NCBI GenBank assembly: GCA_043720495.1
Contig: JAYSSO010000026.1
Span: 1 to 13,241 of the forward strand
Length of the DNA: 13,241 bases
Reading direction: 5' to 3'
Origin: Candidatus Lloydbacteria bacterium
GTDB lineage: Bacteria > Patescibacteriota > Minisyncoccia > Phycocordibacterales > UBA6899
Part shown: positions 1-6,706 of the stretch, piece by piece
How the letters are laid out: every line of letters starts with the position of its first letter
Position numbering within the stretch: the first letter of the stretch is position 1
Notes under the pieces: model-generated
The model's database searches: none
The model's input: only the letters and a program-made list of their open reading frames with translations
Told to the model about the DNA's origin: nothing
Translations under genes and position numbers: made by a program

Positions 1-65
1 GAACCTCCACGTCTTTCGACACATGCACCTCAAGCATGCCTGGCTACCAATTACAGCACCTGGGC
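1..65 (-). tRNA. tRNA-Leu(GAG), 3' part truncated by the window edge
   Basis: The reverse complement reads GCCCAGG-TG-CTG-TAATTGGTAGC-CAG-G-CATGC-TTGAGGT-GCATG-TGTCGAAAGACGT-GGAGG-TTC. This is a class II cloverleaf with a 3-bp D stem, anticodon loop TT-GAG-GT and a long variable arm (GTC-GAAA-GAC). The rest of the T arm and the 3' acceptor strand lie outside the window. Confidence 0.85.
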
Positions 66-75
66 GATTTCTTAA

Positions 76-84
76 CTTATACCA
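76..84 (-). promoter_or_regulatory. Possible extended -10 promoter (TGgTATAAG) for tRNA-Leu
   Basis: The minus strand reads gaTGgTATAAGttaagaaatc followed directly by the tRNA 5' end at 65. No convincing -35 hexamer is present. Confidence 0.3.
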
Positions 85-245
85 TCTCCAATAAACCTCT
101 CCGCACCAAGTCCGATAAATTTCGGCTCTGTCATTCAGAAAATATGAAGTCCTATCTCGATAGGTCATCATATTTTCCAAATGCCCCACTCGAAATTTCT
201 TCGGACTTATGCGGAGACCTTACTTGTCGATGGTATCATGAAAAC

Positions 246-274
246 ACTATACAGAAGGGTTCCTATTTTTTCAA
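246..274 (-). promoter_or_regulatory. Sigma70-like promoter TTGAAA-17-TATAGT reading toward tRNA-Leu
   Basis: On the minus strand, TTGAAA occupies 274-269, a 17-nt spacer follows, and TATAGT occupies 251-246. The predicted start near 239 lies about 175 nt upstream of the tRNA-Leu 5' end. Confidence 0.45.
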
Positions 275-282
275 GCTCAGCT

Positions 283-313
283 GACATTAAACCAAAAACG
301 GGTTGCCCCGTTT
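283..313 (-). terminator. Intrinsic terminator downstream of rplS
   Basis: A 7-bp stem AAACGGG/CCCGTTT (296-302 and 307-313) with a 4-nt loop is followed on the minus strand by TTGGTTTAAT. It begins 7 nt after the rplS stop. Confidence 0.6.
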
Positions 314-319
314 TGTGTG

Positions 320-766
320 CTATTCCTCAGCCTTTGTTTCTTCAACCTCAGACTCTACTTTGGTTTCAAAATCTTTTGTAGACCCACCACCCATGCGTGT
401 CTGTTTCATCTTGCGACGTACATCACGGACAGCCTTCTCGCGTACATAGTAAAGCTTTGAGCGGCGAACGGTTGAGCGTTTAACCAGCTCGATCTTGTCG
501 ATCATTGGAGTATAGAGTGGAAAAATGCGCTCCACGCCTACGCCACTTGCGACTTTGCGTACAGTAAACGTAGCGCCAGTCTCTTTGCCATGCTTTCTGG
601 CAAGTACGAGGCCTTCAAATGCCTGAAGTCGATACTTCTTTTTTTCAGCATCCTCAAGGACCTTGACCCAAACACGGACCGTATCTCCGGTGCGGAATTC
701 GAGCTGGCGACGGGATTCGACGTCGACTGGTGAGAGTGTGAACTTAGTGTGTAGTGTTGAATTCAT
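320..766 (-). CDS. rplS: 50S ribosomal protein L19
   Basis: The 148-aa ORF contains the L19 core [13 protein letters not shown]...[15 protein letters not shown]...[45 protein letters not shown]. It carries an acidic/lysine C-terminal extension. Confidence 0.95.
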   Translation of the reverse strand: MNSTLHTKFTLSPVDVESRRQLEFRTGDTVRVWVKVLEDAEKKKYRLQAFEGLVLARKHGKETGATFTVRKVASGVGVERIFPLYTPMIDKIELVKRSTVRRSKLYYVREKAVRDVRRKMKQTRMGGGSTKDFETKVESEVEETKAEE

Positions 767-840
767 AGTGGAGACAATCTAGCACAACCCCTTTTATCGT
801 GCAACCATACTATGTTTTGCAACATATTTTCACCACTTTA

Positions 841-861
841 TGTCAAGGAGAGTCCTTGACA
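841..861. repeat. REP-like palindrome, copy 1 (TGTCAAGGA-gag-TCCTTGACA)
   Basis: A perfect 9-bp stem with a 3-nt loop (11 bp if a840/t862 are included). It is the exact reverse complement of the 21-mer at 1573-1593. Confidence 0.85.
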
Positions 862-890
862 TGAATGCGTAGTTGGAGGAGAATGGGTTT

Positions 891-1562
891 ATGCAACGTA
901 CGACTGCTTTTGCGCCGGGTGAATATTACCACCTCTACAACCGTGGGACTGAGAAGCGGATCATCTTTCTGGACGAAGAAGATCACAACCGATTTGTCTC
1001 GCTGCTCTATCTTTGCAACAGCGGAATTCCCATTCATCGCAGTGACTACCGCACGAACTCACTGCGAGGCCTCTTTCTCATCAACAGAGAGACAACGCTG
1101 GTCGATATTGGCGCATATTGCCTGATGCCAAACCATTTCCACATTCTCCTGCGCGAACACGCCGATGGCGGAGTAAGCATGTTTATGAAAAAACTGCTTA
1201 CTGCATATGCGATGTATTTCAATAAAAAATACGAGCGGACCGGCACGCTCTTTGAGGGGCCATTTCGCTCGCGACATGTAAGCAGGGACGAATACTTGAA
1301 GTATCTCTTCGCATACATCCACCTCAACCCTATCGGGATTATCGATGCAGGGTGGAAGAAAAAGCGCATTGGGAACAAGGCGGCTGCTAATCGATATCTC
1401 AATGAATACGAGTACTCCAGTTTTCTTGATTATGCAGGAGGGGTCGCTCCTCGGTGGCAGTCGGCGATACTGAATAAATTGGCTTTCCCTGAATATTTTG
1501 AGAAGCGAAATGACTTCGAAATCTATCTCAAAGACTGGATGACAGGGGTGGAGGAGGAATAG
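891..1562 (+). CDS. IS200-like / REP-associated tyrosine transposase (RAYT, HUH Y1 family)
   Basis: The HUH motif sits in YCLMPNHFHILL and the catalytic-Tyr helix motif in FAYIHLNPIG, giving the typical ~220-aa Y1_Tnp architecture. The ORF opens at a TTG at 873, but the first ATG at 891 is preferred (GGAGGA at 875-880). Confidence 0.85.
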   Translation: MQRTTAFAPGEYYHLYNRGTEKRIIFLDEEDHNRFVSLLYLCNSGIPIHRSDYRTNSLRGLFLINRETTLVDIGAYCLMPNHFHILLREHADGGVSMFMKKLLTAYAMYFNKKYERTGTLFEGPFRSRHVSRDEYLKYLFAYIHLNPIGIIDAGWKKKRIGNKAAANRYLNEYEYSSFLDYAGGVAPRWQSAILNKLAFPEYFEKRNDFEIYLKDWMTGVEEE

Positions 1563-1572
1563 TTGCGACCAA

Positions 1573-1593
1573 TGTCAAGGACTCTCCTTGACA
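1573..1593. repeat. REP-like palindrome, copy 2 (TGTCAAGGA-ctc-TCCTTGACA)
   Basis: It starts 10 nt after the transposase stop. It has the same 9-bp stem as copy 1 with the loop complemented, so it is an inverted copy. Confidence 0.85.
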
Positions 1594-1616
1594 CAAAAAA
1601 TGGGGGTATTTATATG
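1588..1616 (+). promoter_or_regulatory. Candidate promoter TTGACA-17-TATATG for the thioredoxin-like gene
   Basis: The -35 hexamer is the right arm of palindrome copy 2 (1588-1593) and the -10-like TATATG lies at 1611-1616. An alternative is TTGCAA (1618-1623)-17-TAGGAT (1641-1646). Confidence 0.35.
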
Positions 1617-1679
1617 CTTGCAAGGGATGGGAGAATGTCTTAGGATTATCTTGGCTATTTCTTTTTATAGAGGATTGAA

Positions 1680-2429
1680 ATGAACAGTGGACTTCCGAGA
1701 GATTATACCCTTGCCGACCTGCTTCGTGTTGACCCGATTGGAAAGCTCAATGCTGGGGTCACAGCGTCACTTGAACAATTCAACGCTACTCACCCTCTGG
1801 ATCATGAGCTCTATGTGAGTGTAATCATGAAACAAATAACCCTCCGGGCAACTGATCCCGAAAAAATTGCAGAACTCGAGAATCATGACAGAGAAAGTGC
1901 TGAGGGAAAGCGTGCGATTACCACGATACTCAACATTTCACCGGAAGATTTTGAGCGAGTAGTCAGACACCAGAATGACAGAGCGGGCGCGATGAAGGAT
2001 GCCCACCCCGAAAAAACACTCATTCGTTCATGGAGAGCACTCAAACATCGTGCGGGAATTCTTGATGTGGGGCCGGATAATTTCCCCACAGCACTCACGA
2101 GACCGCTACTTGTCCTCTACTCGGCAGACTGGTGTCCCCCGTGTAGAGTAATGAGGCCGACATTTGCTCGACTGCGTCATTTTTTTGATAAAGCAGATGT
2201 GAGCTACTGTCACGATGATGAGTGGCGACGGTCACGGGGTATCGAATTCATTCCGCAATTTGTTGTGTACTTCCCAAGCGGGGCTGAGGTATCAAGCGGT
2301 GTCCCTGGTACTACACAGGATCTCTGGGCTGTAATGAATAATCTTGTCACGCTTGGACAATCATTCGATGGAAAAGGCGTGCTCGAATGTACGGATGAAA
2401 AATGTGAGATAGTTCCTGTTGCGAAATAA
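1680..2429 (+). CDS. Thioredoxin-fold protein with an uncharacterised N-terminal domain
   Basis: The C-terminal half carries LLVLYSADWCPPCRVMRPTFARL (a CxxC active site in a Trx-like context) and ...FIPQFVVYF. The ~130-aa N-terminal region is not recognised. GAGGA lies 5 nt before the ATG. Confidence 0.75.
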   Translation: MNSGLPRDYTLADLLRVDPIGKLNAGVTASLEQFNATHPLDHELYVSVIMKQITLRATDPEKIAELENHDRESAEGKRAITTILNISPEDFERVVRHQNDRAGAMKDAHPEKTLIRSWRALKHRAGILDVGPDNFPTALTRPLLVLYSADWCPPCRVMRPTFARLRHFFDKADVSYCHDDEWRRSRGIEFIPQFVVYFPSGAEVSSGVPGTTQDLWAVMNNLVTLGQSFDGKGVLECTDEKCEIVPVAK

Positions 2430-2434
2430 AAACG

Positions 2435-2461
2435 ACCGCCCAGCATATGGGCGGTTTTTTT
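2435..2461. terminator. Bidirectional intrinsic terminator between convergent genes
   Basis: The stem CCGCCCA/TGGGCGG (2436-2442 and 2448-2454) has the loop GCATA. It is followed by a T-run on the plus strand and by TCGTTTTTATT on the minus strand. Confidence 0.8.
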
Positions 2462-2477
2462 GTTTTTTATTGTTGTT

Positions 2478-3200
2478 TTATCGTTCTTGAAAAAGTCTTT
2501 GGGCGATTTGGAAGTCTTCGGGGAGGGGGGCGGTGAATGTTTTTTGTGCTCCTCCTGGGAGTTTTACTTTTATGGACAGTGCGTGGAGTGCAAGACGAGT
2601 GAAGCCAAGTCCTGCTGGTGAATCATATCGGGTATCACACAAAATGGGGTGACCAAGGGCGAGCATGTGCACGCGGAGTTGGTGTGTGCGGCCAGTCTTT
2701 GGCGTCAGTTCAACAAAAGAAAATTTTTCCCGGGATTCGAGCACGCGATAGTGTGTGGATGCATCACGGAGGGTACCGCGCGCATCCTCCCCTGTCGTCC
2801 ACCTGCGGAAGTCACTGCGACTGCGACCGATGGGTAGCACAATATCTCCCTCGGGGGGTTGTGGTGTACCGTGCACGAATGCGTTATATGCCTTTACTAT
2901 GGTGTGGTCGAGAAATTGGCGCTGGAAAAAATAAAAGGTCTCGTCGTCTTTCGCGATAAGTATTACCCCTGATGTTTCGCGGTCGAGACGATGTACTACG
3001 CCATACCGTGCAACATATCGCCCACCATCCAAGGTATGAAGACCTCCGATATCCTGGCTTTCGGGATATTTGCTATGCACCCACTCTACGAGCGACGGCT
3101 CTACCGTGCGACCGTCAGCATGCACCACCAGACCCGCTGGTTTTGCAACTGCGAGCATGTGCGCATCTTCATGGAGTATGATCGGTTCTGGTTGACTCAC
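2478..3200 (-). CDS. RluA-family pseudouridine synthase
   Basis: It has the motifs ILHEDAHMLAVAKPAGLVVH and HRLDRETSGVILIAKD (catalytic Asp), plus THQLRVHM. The ORF is open to a GTG at 3269, but that start would overlap the divergent gene, so a GTG at 3200 (or TTG at 3209) is preferred. There is no S4 domain. Confidence 0.85.
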   Translation of the reverse strand: MSQPEPIILHEDAHMLAVAKPAGLVVHADGRTVEPSLVEWVHSKYPESQDIGGLHTLDGGRYVARYGVVHRLDRETSGVILIAKDDETFYFFQRQFLDHTIVKAYNAFVHGTPQPPEGDIVLPIGRSRSDFRRWTTGEDARGTLRDASTHYRVLESREKFSFVELTPKTGRTHQLRVHMLALGHPILCDTRYDSPAGLGFTRLALHALSIKVKLPGGAQKTFTAPLPEDFQIAQRLFQER

Positions 3201-3250
3201 TGTATTCAATAGGTTAACGTACTTTGAGACGGTTTGAAAGGAATATAGAA

Positions 3251-3583
3251 ATGAGTAATATGCACGCACAGCAGAGTGGACGCGCCTTTACTAAAAAACA
3301 AGCACAGGCCATGCTTGAGAAAATCTACCCACAGCAATTCAAGGCACGTCGTGTACGCAATATAGTGCGTCGCACAATGGGAAAAACCAAAACGAAGGAA
3401 TTCACGAGCCAGCTCGATGCAGTACTTTCGGCGGTAGAACGTGTGCACGACCTCGATGACCAGCTTTTTGCAATGAATCCGCGTCTACACAAAGGACAGA
3501 GGGATGGGACTATTGCCCGCGAGCGCAACGACGCGATAACGCACCTCCTCGCTGTGTGGACAGAACTCGTCTCGCTCGTCTAA
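3251..3583 (+). CDS. Hypothetical protein (110 aa)
   Basis: The ATG is preceded by AAGGA at 3238-3242 with an 8-nt spacing, and a terminator follows directly. No family is recognised. Confidence 0.55.
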   Translation: MSNMHAQQSGRAFTKKQAQAMLEKIYPQQFKARRVRNIVRRTMGKTKTKEFTSQLDAVLSAVERVHDLDDQLFAMNPRLHKGQRDGTIARERNDAITHLLAVWTELVSLV

Positions 3584-3589
3584 CCTGCC

Positions 3590-3620
3590 ACTACGCCACA
3601 CTGCGTAGTTTTTTATTTTC
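3590..3620 (+). terminator. Intrinsic terminator
   Basis: The stem ACTACGC/GCGTAGT (3590-3596 and 3603-3609) has the loop CACACT and is followed by TTTTTTATTTT. Confidence 0.75.
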
Positions 3621-3624
3621 ATTA

Positions 3625-4320
3625 TTACTTCCCTAGGCGGCGTCCACGCTCGCTATAATTTTTGAGTATTGCGTGAAACTCTTCTTTGGTAAAATCTGGC
3701 CATAACGTGTTGGTAAACACGAGCTCGCTATATACACTTTGCCACGGCAAAAAATTTGAGAGCCGTTCTTCCCCACTCGTGCGAATAATGAGGTCGGGGT
3801 CATGCAATTCTTTTGTCCACAATAATTGAGAAAATTCGGCTTCAGTAATTGTTGTGCGCTTGCTTTCTGGTATGCGATGAATGGCATCAATAATCTCAGT
3901 GCGACCACCATAGGAAAGCGCAACGGTATAGCAAAATGAACGGAAATTTTTTGTTTGTTCCTCTGCATGCTCTATGGTGCGTACAATATCTTCTGCGAGG
4001 TGTGTGCGTTCGCCAATAAAAATTATCCGCATGTCGTCCCTTACTGCGTCTTCAACCACCTTATTAATCACTTCGCGAAATAAATTCATTAGATACCCTA
4101 CTTCTTCCTTGGTGCGATTCCAATTTTCTGTCGAGAATGCATAGACGATAATTTCTTTTACGCCTGCCTCCATCGCCCAGGTGCGAAATTCACGGAGTTT
4201 CTCGTATCCCGCGCGGTGCCCGAGCAGTGGGGAGATGCCTTTTTCTTTTGCCCACCGCCGGTTGCCATCCATAATGACACCTATTGCTGTGGGCACTGTC
4301 GATTCCATTTGGTTGCTCAT
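3625..4320 (-). CDS. uppS: Undecaprenyl diphosphate synthase (cis-isoprenyl transferase)
   Basis: It has the motifs IGVIMDGNRRWAKEKG, GHRAGYEKL, AFSTENWNR and IRTSGEERLSNFLPWQSVYSEL. The start is set at the ATG at 4320 (MSNQMEST...), 4 nt after the acyP stop; the ORF-track N-terminal extension overlaps acyP. Confidence 0.93.
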   Translation of the reverse strand: MSNQMESTVPTAIGVIMDGNRRWAKEKGISPLLGHRAGYEKLREFRTWAMEAGVKEIIVYAFSTENWNRTKEEVGYLMNLFREVINKVVEDAVRDDMRIIFIGERTHLAEDIVRTIEHAEEQTKNFRSFCYTVALSYGGRTEIIDAIHRIPESKRTTITEAEFSQLLWTKELHDPDLIIRTSGEERLSNFLPWQSVYSELVFTNTLWPDFTKEEFHAILKNYSERGRRLGK

Positions 4321-4324
4321 GTGT

Positions 4325-4603
4325 TTAGTCAAATCGGATGGTAAAATTAGTGTAAGAATTTTTCGCAGGAAAGAGGAGTACTTCGACTCCTTCCACGCGT
4401 GCAAGGAGCGACCCACGCTCCAGGCGGTTGACGAATAGTGCGATCACCTCTTCATCCCCTTCTGCGATAACCGACACAGTGCCATCTTTGTTGTTCCATA
4501 CTTCCCCCACAACACCAAGTTTCTTTGCACTCCGTGTCACAAAATCACGGTACATAACCATTTGTACACGTCCAGTCACTAGGCATTCGATTCGCTTTTG
4601 CAT
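4325..4603 (-). CDS. acyP: Acylphosphatase
   Basis: The 92-aa ORF has the acylphosphatase pattern VTGRVQMVMYRDFV...A..LGV.G.V.N..DGTV...AEG. Confidence 0.85.
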   Translation of the reverse strand: MQKRIECLVTGRVQMVMYRDFVTRSAKKLGVVGEVWNNKDGTVSVIAEGDEEVIALFVNRLERGSLLARVEGVEVLLFPAKNSYTNFTIRFD

Positions 4604-4638
4604 TACTTATGCTAACTCGCTCTGGGTGCGAAATATGC

Positions 4639-4667
4639 TTGACATAATCGTAAATATACTATATGAT
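4639..4667 (+). promoter_or_regulatory. Near-consensus sigma70 promoter TTGACA-17-TATGAT
   Basis: TTGACA lies at 4639-4644, followed by a 17-nt spacer and TATGAT at 4662-4667. No protein-coding ORF follows. Confidence 0.6.
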
Positions 4668-4674
4668 GGAAACG

Positions 4675-4868
4675 TAGAACTTCCGCAATCTCTGCGCACA
4701 CTCGTTGCTCGCTCAGATTGCGGCGGAGGCGCTATCCTAACAAGGAAGCCGGTCTACTAATCGGGGAGACTCGAATGGTATCCAGAGCTGTGGCGGCTCT
4801 ACCTCGAAGACGGAGGTTCCGTCGCAATCAACACTCGTCGCCGGCACACCGGCGATTTCCTTTTTTTC
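4675..4868 (+). ncRNA. Candidate structured small RNA (~190 nt), class unassigned
   Basis: It is bounded by the promoter at 4639-4667 and the terminator at 4838-4868. It contains a 9-bp hairpin (4683-4691/4715-4723), a possible long-range 9-bp helix (4677-4685/4811-4819) and further local hairpins. No credible ORF is present (ATG GAA ACG TAG). Confidence 0.4.
4838..4868 (+). terminator. Intrinsic terminator
   Basis: The stem TCGCCGG/CCGGCGA (4838-4844 and 4849-4855) has the loop CACA and is followed by TTTCCTTTTTTTC. Confidence 0.75.
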
Positions 4869-4894
4869 TCAATGATTTTAGCGTAAGCTAAATA
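4866..4894 (+). promoter_or_regulatory. Possible promoter for the tRNA-Arg/tRNA-Val pair (TTCTCA-17-TAAATA)
   Basis: The hexamers lie at 4866-4871 and 4889-4894. The predicted start is about 10 nt before tRNA-Arg. The match is weak. Confidence 0.3.
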
Positions 4895-4910
4895 TGTGCT
4901 TATGTAGAAT

Positions 4911-4982
4911 GTCCCCGTAGTTTAATGGATAAAACAGAAGCCTTCTAAGCTTCGGATCGTGGTTCGATTCCACGCGGGGGCA
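4911..4982 (+). tRNA. tRNA-Arg(UCU)
   Basis: Acceptor GTCCCCG/CGGGGGC (one G-U pair), D arm GTTT-AATGGATA-AAAC, anticodon arm GAAGC-CT-TCT-AA-GCTTC, 4-nt variable loop, T arm CGTGG-TTCGATT-CCACG, discriminator A. CCA is not encoded. Confidence 0.9.
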
Positions 4983-5048
4983 TAATTGTTTGCGTCGAAG
5001 TAGAAAATGTTCTATTGTACGAGAGTTCGATGGATGTGCGCTTCATGC

Positions 5049-5124
5049 GCGCGATTAGCTCAGTTGGTAGAGCAGCGCTTTTACACAGCGAAGGTCGCAG
5101 GTTCGAATCCTGCATCGCGCACCA
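5049..5124 (+). tRNA. tRNA-Val(UAC)
   Basis: Acceptor GCGCGAT/ATCGCGC, D arm GCTC-AGTTGGTA-GAGC, anticodon loop TT-TAC-AC, T arm GCAGG-TTCGAAT-CCTGC, discriminator A. CCA is encoded. Confidence 0.92.
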
Positions 5125-5149
5125 AAAAAACCACCTTCGGGTGGTTTTT
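5125..5149. terminator. Bidirectional terminator (A-run, CCACC-TTCG-GGTGG, T-run)
   Basis: The hairpin at 5131-5144 is flanked by A6 upstream and T5 downstream. It serves the tRNA pair (+) and the convergent pil operon (-). Confidence 0.75.
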
Positions 5150-5234
5150 GCGCGATAGGACTCAACTGCTTGAGTCCGCAAGGATTCGAAAGATTGGTGA
5201 TGTTTTGTCTTCAAAGCCACCAATCCACGCGCCG

Positions 5235-5642
5235 TCAGCGAGAAACTCCTGCAGGAGGCACAGGCACCACAGTACCCGACTCATTAATGAGTTCAGCGGG
5301 AACGTCAGTGATGTCACCCTCTGCGCCATATGCGCCGCCCAAGTTTGGGGCCTGAGGACGCCGGCCGACGAGTGTTTCAAAGCGCGTTTGTTTTGCTTGA
5401 TACAGATCAAGCGCAGTGCGTATCTCCTCTCGCGTTACGACGTTGCGATCTTTTTTAGTGGGGGTAACCGCTGGGGCAGAATGTGACGCCCACAAATAAG
5501 AAAGGAAGCTAATCACACTGATAACGGTCGCGAGAATTGCCACCAGAGAGAGGACTACTCTCCACATAAGATCGGGATTAGAAATAGCAGAAGTTATCCC
5601 GAAAATTGAAAAGTGTGACAATTGCAGTCGTAATTTTTCCAT
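5235..5642 (-). CDS. Hypothetical single-pass membrane protein, last gene of the pilMNO operon
   Basis: The ATG lies 2 nt after the pilO stop. There is one hydrophobic helix (VVLSLVAILATVISVISFLSYLW) and a Pro/Gly-rich C-terminus. No family is recognised. Confidence 0.6.
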   Translation of the reverse strand: MEKLRLQLSHFSIFGITSAISNPDLMWRVVLSLVAILATVISVISFLSYLWASHSAPAVTPTKKDRNVVTREEIRTALDLYQAKQTRFETLVGRRPQAPNLGGAYGAEGDITDVPAELINESGTVVPVPPAGVSR

Positions 5643-5644
5643 AA

Positions 5645-6163
5645 CTATTTTTTAGAGCTCCGTAAGCTGAGTAAATCGATTTTGATGACACCTGCCCACT
5701 GGCCATTTTGCTCTTCCTTGACATCAATCTTTGTGATGACGATACGCGCAGGAAACTCCTCGATAAGCCGGATAACATGAAAAATCTGTGGCCACGTTCC
5801 CTTCAGAGAAAAATCTCCTGAAAAAACACCAGGCTTGCTACTGTTCAGACTGATAGTTTCAACCACTGCTCCCGTAGTCGAAGTGCCCAAGTGCTCAATA
5901 AGTGTAATAAACTTAATCTGATCCTCATCACTGGGTTGAAAAATAAATTGGGAAAGTGCTCGTCGATCTGCCTCTGTGGACGTGAGTACACGCTTGAGGG
6001 CAACCGCTTTGTCATTTTCGAGTTCTTCACCAAGTAATTCCTGGCGCAAGACGACTTCATTCTGTTTTTCTTCCTGTAGTGCGATGGAGCCGTACCACAA
6101 GGCACCGATACCGATGAGGTCGATGGCGAGGAGGGTAAAGAAAATGGTGTGGAGTGATTTCAT
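5645..6163 (-). CDS. pilO: PilO-like type IV pilus assembly protein
   Basis: It has an N-terminal TM helix, a coiled-coil segment and then a ~90-aa globular domain, and sits immediately after pilN with a 1-nt gap. The call rests on architecture and synteny rather than a strong motif. Confidence 0.6.
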   Translation of the reverse strand: MKSLHTIFFTLLAIDLIGIGALWYGSIALQEEKQNEVVLRQELLGEELENDKAVALKRVLTSTEADRRALSQFIFQPSDEDQIKFITLIEHLGTSTTGAVVETISLNSSKPGVFSGDFSLKGTWPQIFHVIRLIEEFPARIVITKIDVKEEQNGQWAGVIKIDLLSLRSSKK

Positions 6164-6164
6164 G

Positions 6165-6698
6165 TTATTTCATGATCAACATTATCGAAAAAGATATATT
6201 CGTTTTTTTGATGATGTAGTCGCCTGACTTTGGTTTTTCAAAAAGTGGATCTTTGCCGAGCTCGTTTTTATATACGAGAATGTCATCACGATGTGCAGCT
6301 ATTCCTGAGAGTTGGATATTGATGAGCTCTCCCACGCGTGCATACGAGATATTGTTCACGGTGATGCCTCGCGGTTTGACCTTGATGATTTGTTCGAGTA
6401 GGGCAGAGGGTATTGTGTCGGAGGTTTTTACCCCTGGACGCAGAAGATCAAGATCGTTGCGTATCGTTTTCACCTCTTCAGTGGTTGTTTTGTTTTGCTC
6501 AGGAGACTGCAACTTGCTCTGTTCTAAATCGTGCGCAAGCCCAGTGGTGATGGATTTCACCGAATAAAAAACGGGTAAAAAAAGCGCTGCCGTAAAAAGT
6601 TCGAGCAATCCAATGGACACAAAAAGTATTGCGCCAAGACGCATCAGATATTGCTTCACCAACTTATGTTTTGCATGTGCGGAGAGAAGGTTAATCAT
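6165..6698 (-). CDS. pilN: PilN-like type IV pilus assembly protein
   Basis: The N-terminal MINLLSA matches the PilN INLLP PilM-binding motif. A single TM helix and a periplasmic domain follow. It lies directly downstream of pilM. Confidence 0.7.
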   Translation of the reverse strand: MINLLSAHAKHKLVKQYLMRLGAILFVSIGLLELFTAALFLPVFYSVKSITTGLAHDLEQSKLQSPEQNKTTTEEVKTIRNDLDLLRPGVKTSDTIPSALLEQIIKVKPRGITVNNISYARVGELINIQLSGIAAHRDDILVYKNELGKDPLFEKPKSGDYIIKKTNISFSIMLIMK

Positions 6699-6706
6699 TT
6701 GTTTTT

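Larger units (their letters stand above)
841..1593 (+). mobile_element. REPtron-like unit: a RAYT gene bracketed by inverted palindromic repeats
   Basis: A single Y1 transposase gene is bounded by two 21-nt hairpin repeats in inverted orientation. No second IS605-type gene (tnpB) is present. Confidence 0.6.

Noticed and set aside
237-239. A 10-codon leaderless mini-ORF (MIPSTSKVSA) starting at the ATG at 239, just after the promoter at 246-274 on the minus strand.
   Set aside because: It is far too short to support from sequence alone. It is mentioned only because of the leaderless-like spacing.
36-381. Plus-strand ORFs at 36-284 and 181-381.
   Set aside because: They overlap tRNA-Leu, the rplS terminator and the rplS 3' end. 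They have no RBS and no recognisable protein features.
1046-1402. Minus-strand ORFs antisense to the RAYT gene (1046-1402 and 1059-1322). Similar antisense or alternate-frame ORFs occur inside rluA, uppS, pilM, pilN, pilO, the gene at 8896 and the gene at 12792.
   Set aside because: All are nested inside genes with strong family signatures or better start and stop context on the other strand or frame. None shows recognisable motifs.
4675-4868. Possible identity of the candidate ncRNA as SRP (4.5S) RNA, tmRNA or RNase P RNA.
   Set aside because: TCCT-AACA-AGGA followed by AGCC superficially resembles the SRP helix-8 tetraloop region. However, the conserved 5' AGG and 3' AGCA symmetric-loop nucleotides are not in place. 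No tmRNA tRNA-like ends or RNase P GAGGAAAGTCC motif are present. The class is left unassigned.
5007-5486. A 159-aa plus-strand ORF, together with ORFs at 4945-5223 (-), 5162-5410 (-) and 5170-5355 (+).
   Set aside because: They run through tRNA-Val, tRNA-Arg and the bidirectional terminator, or lie antisense to the orf135 gene. None has a start context and all have junk-like composition.
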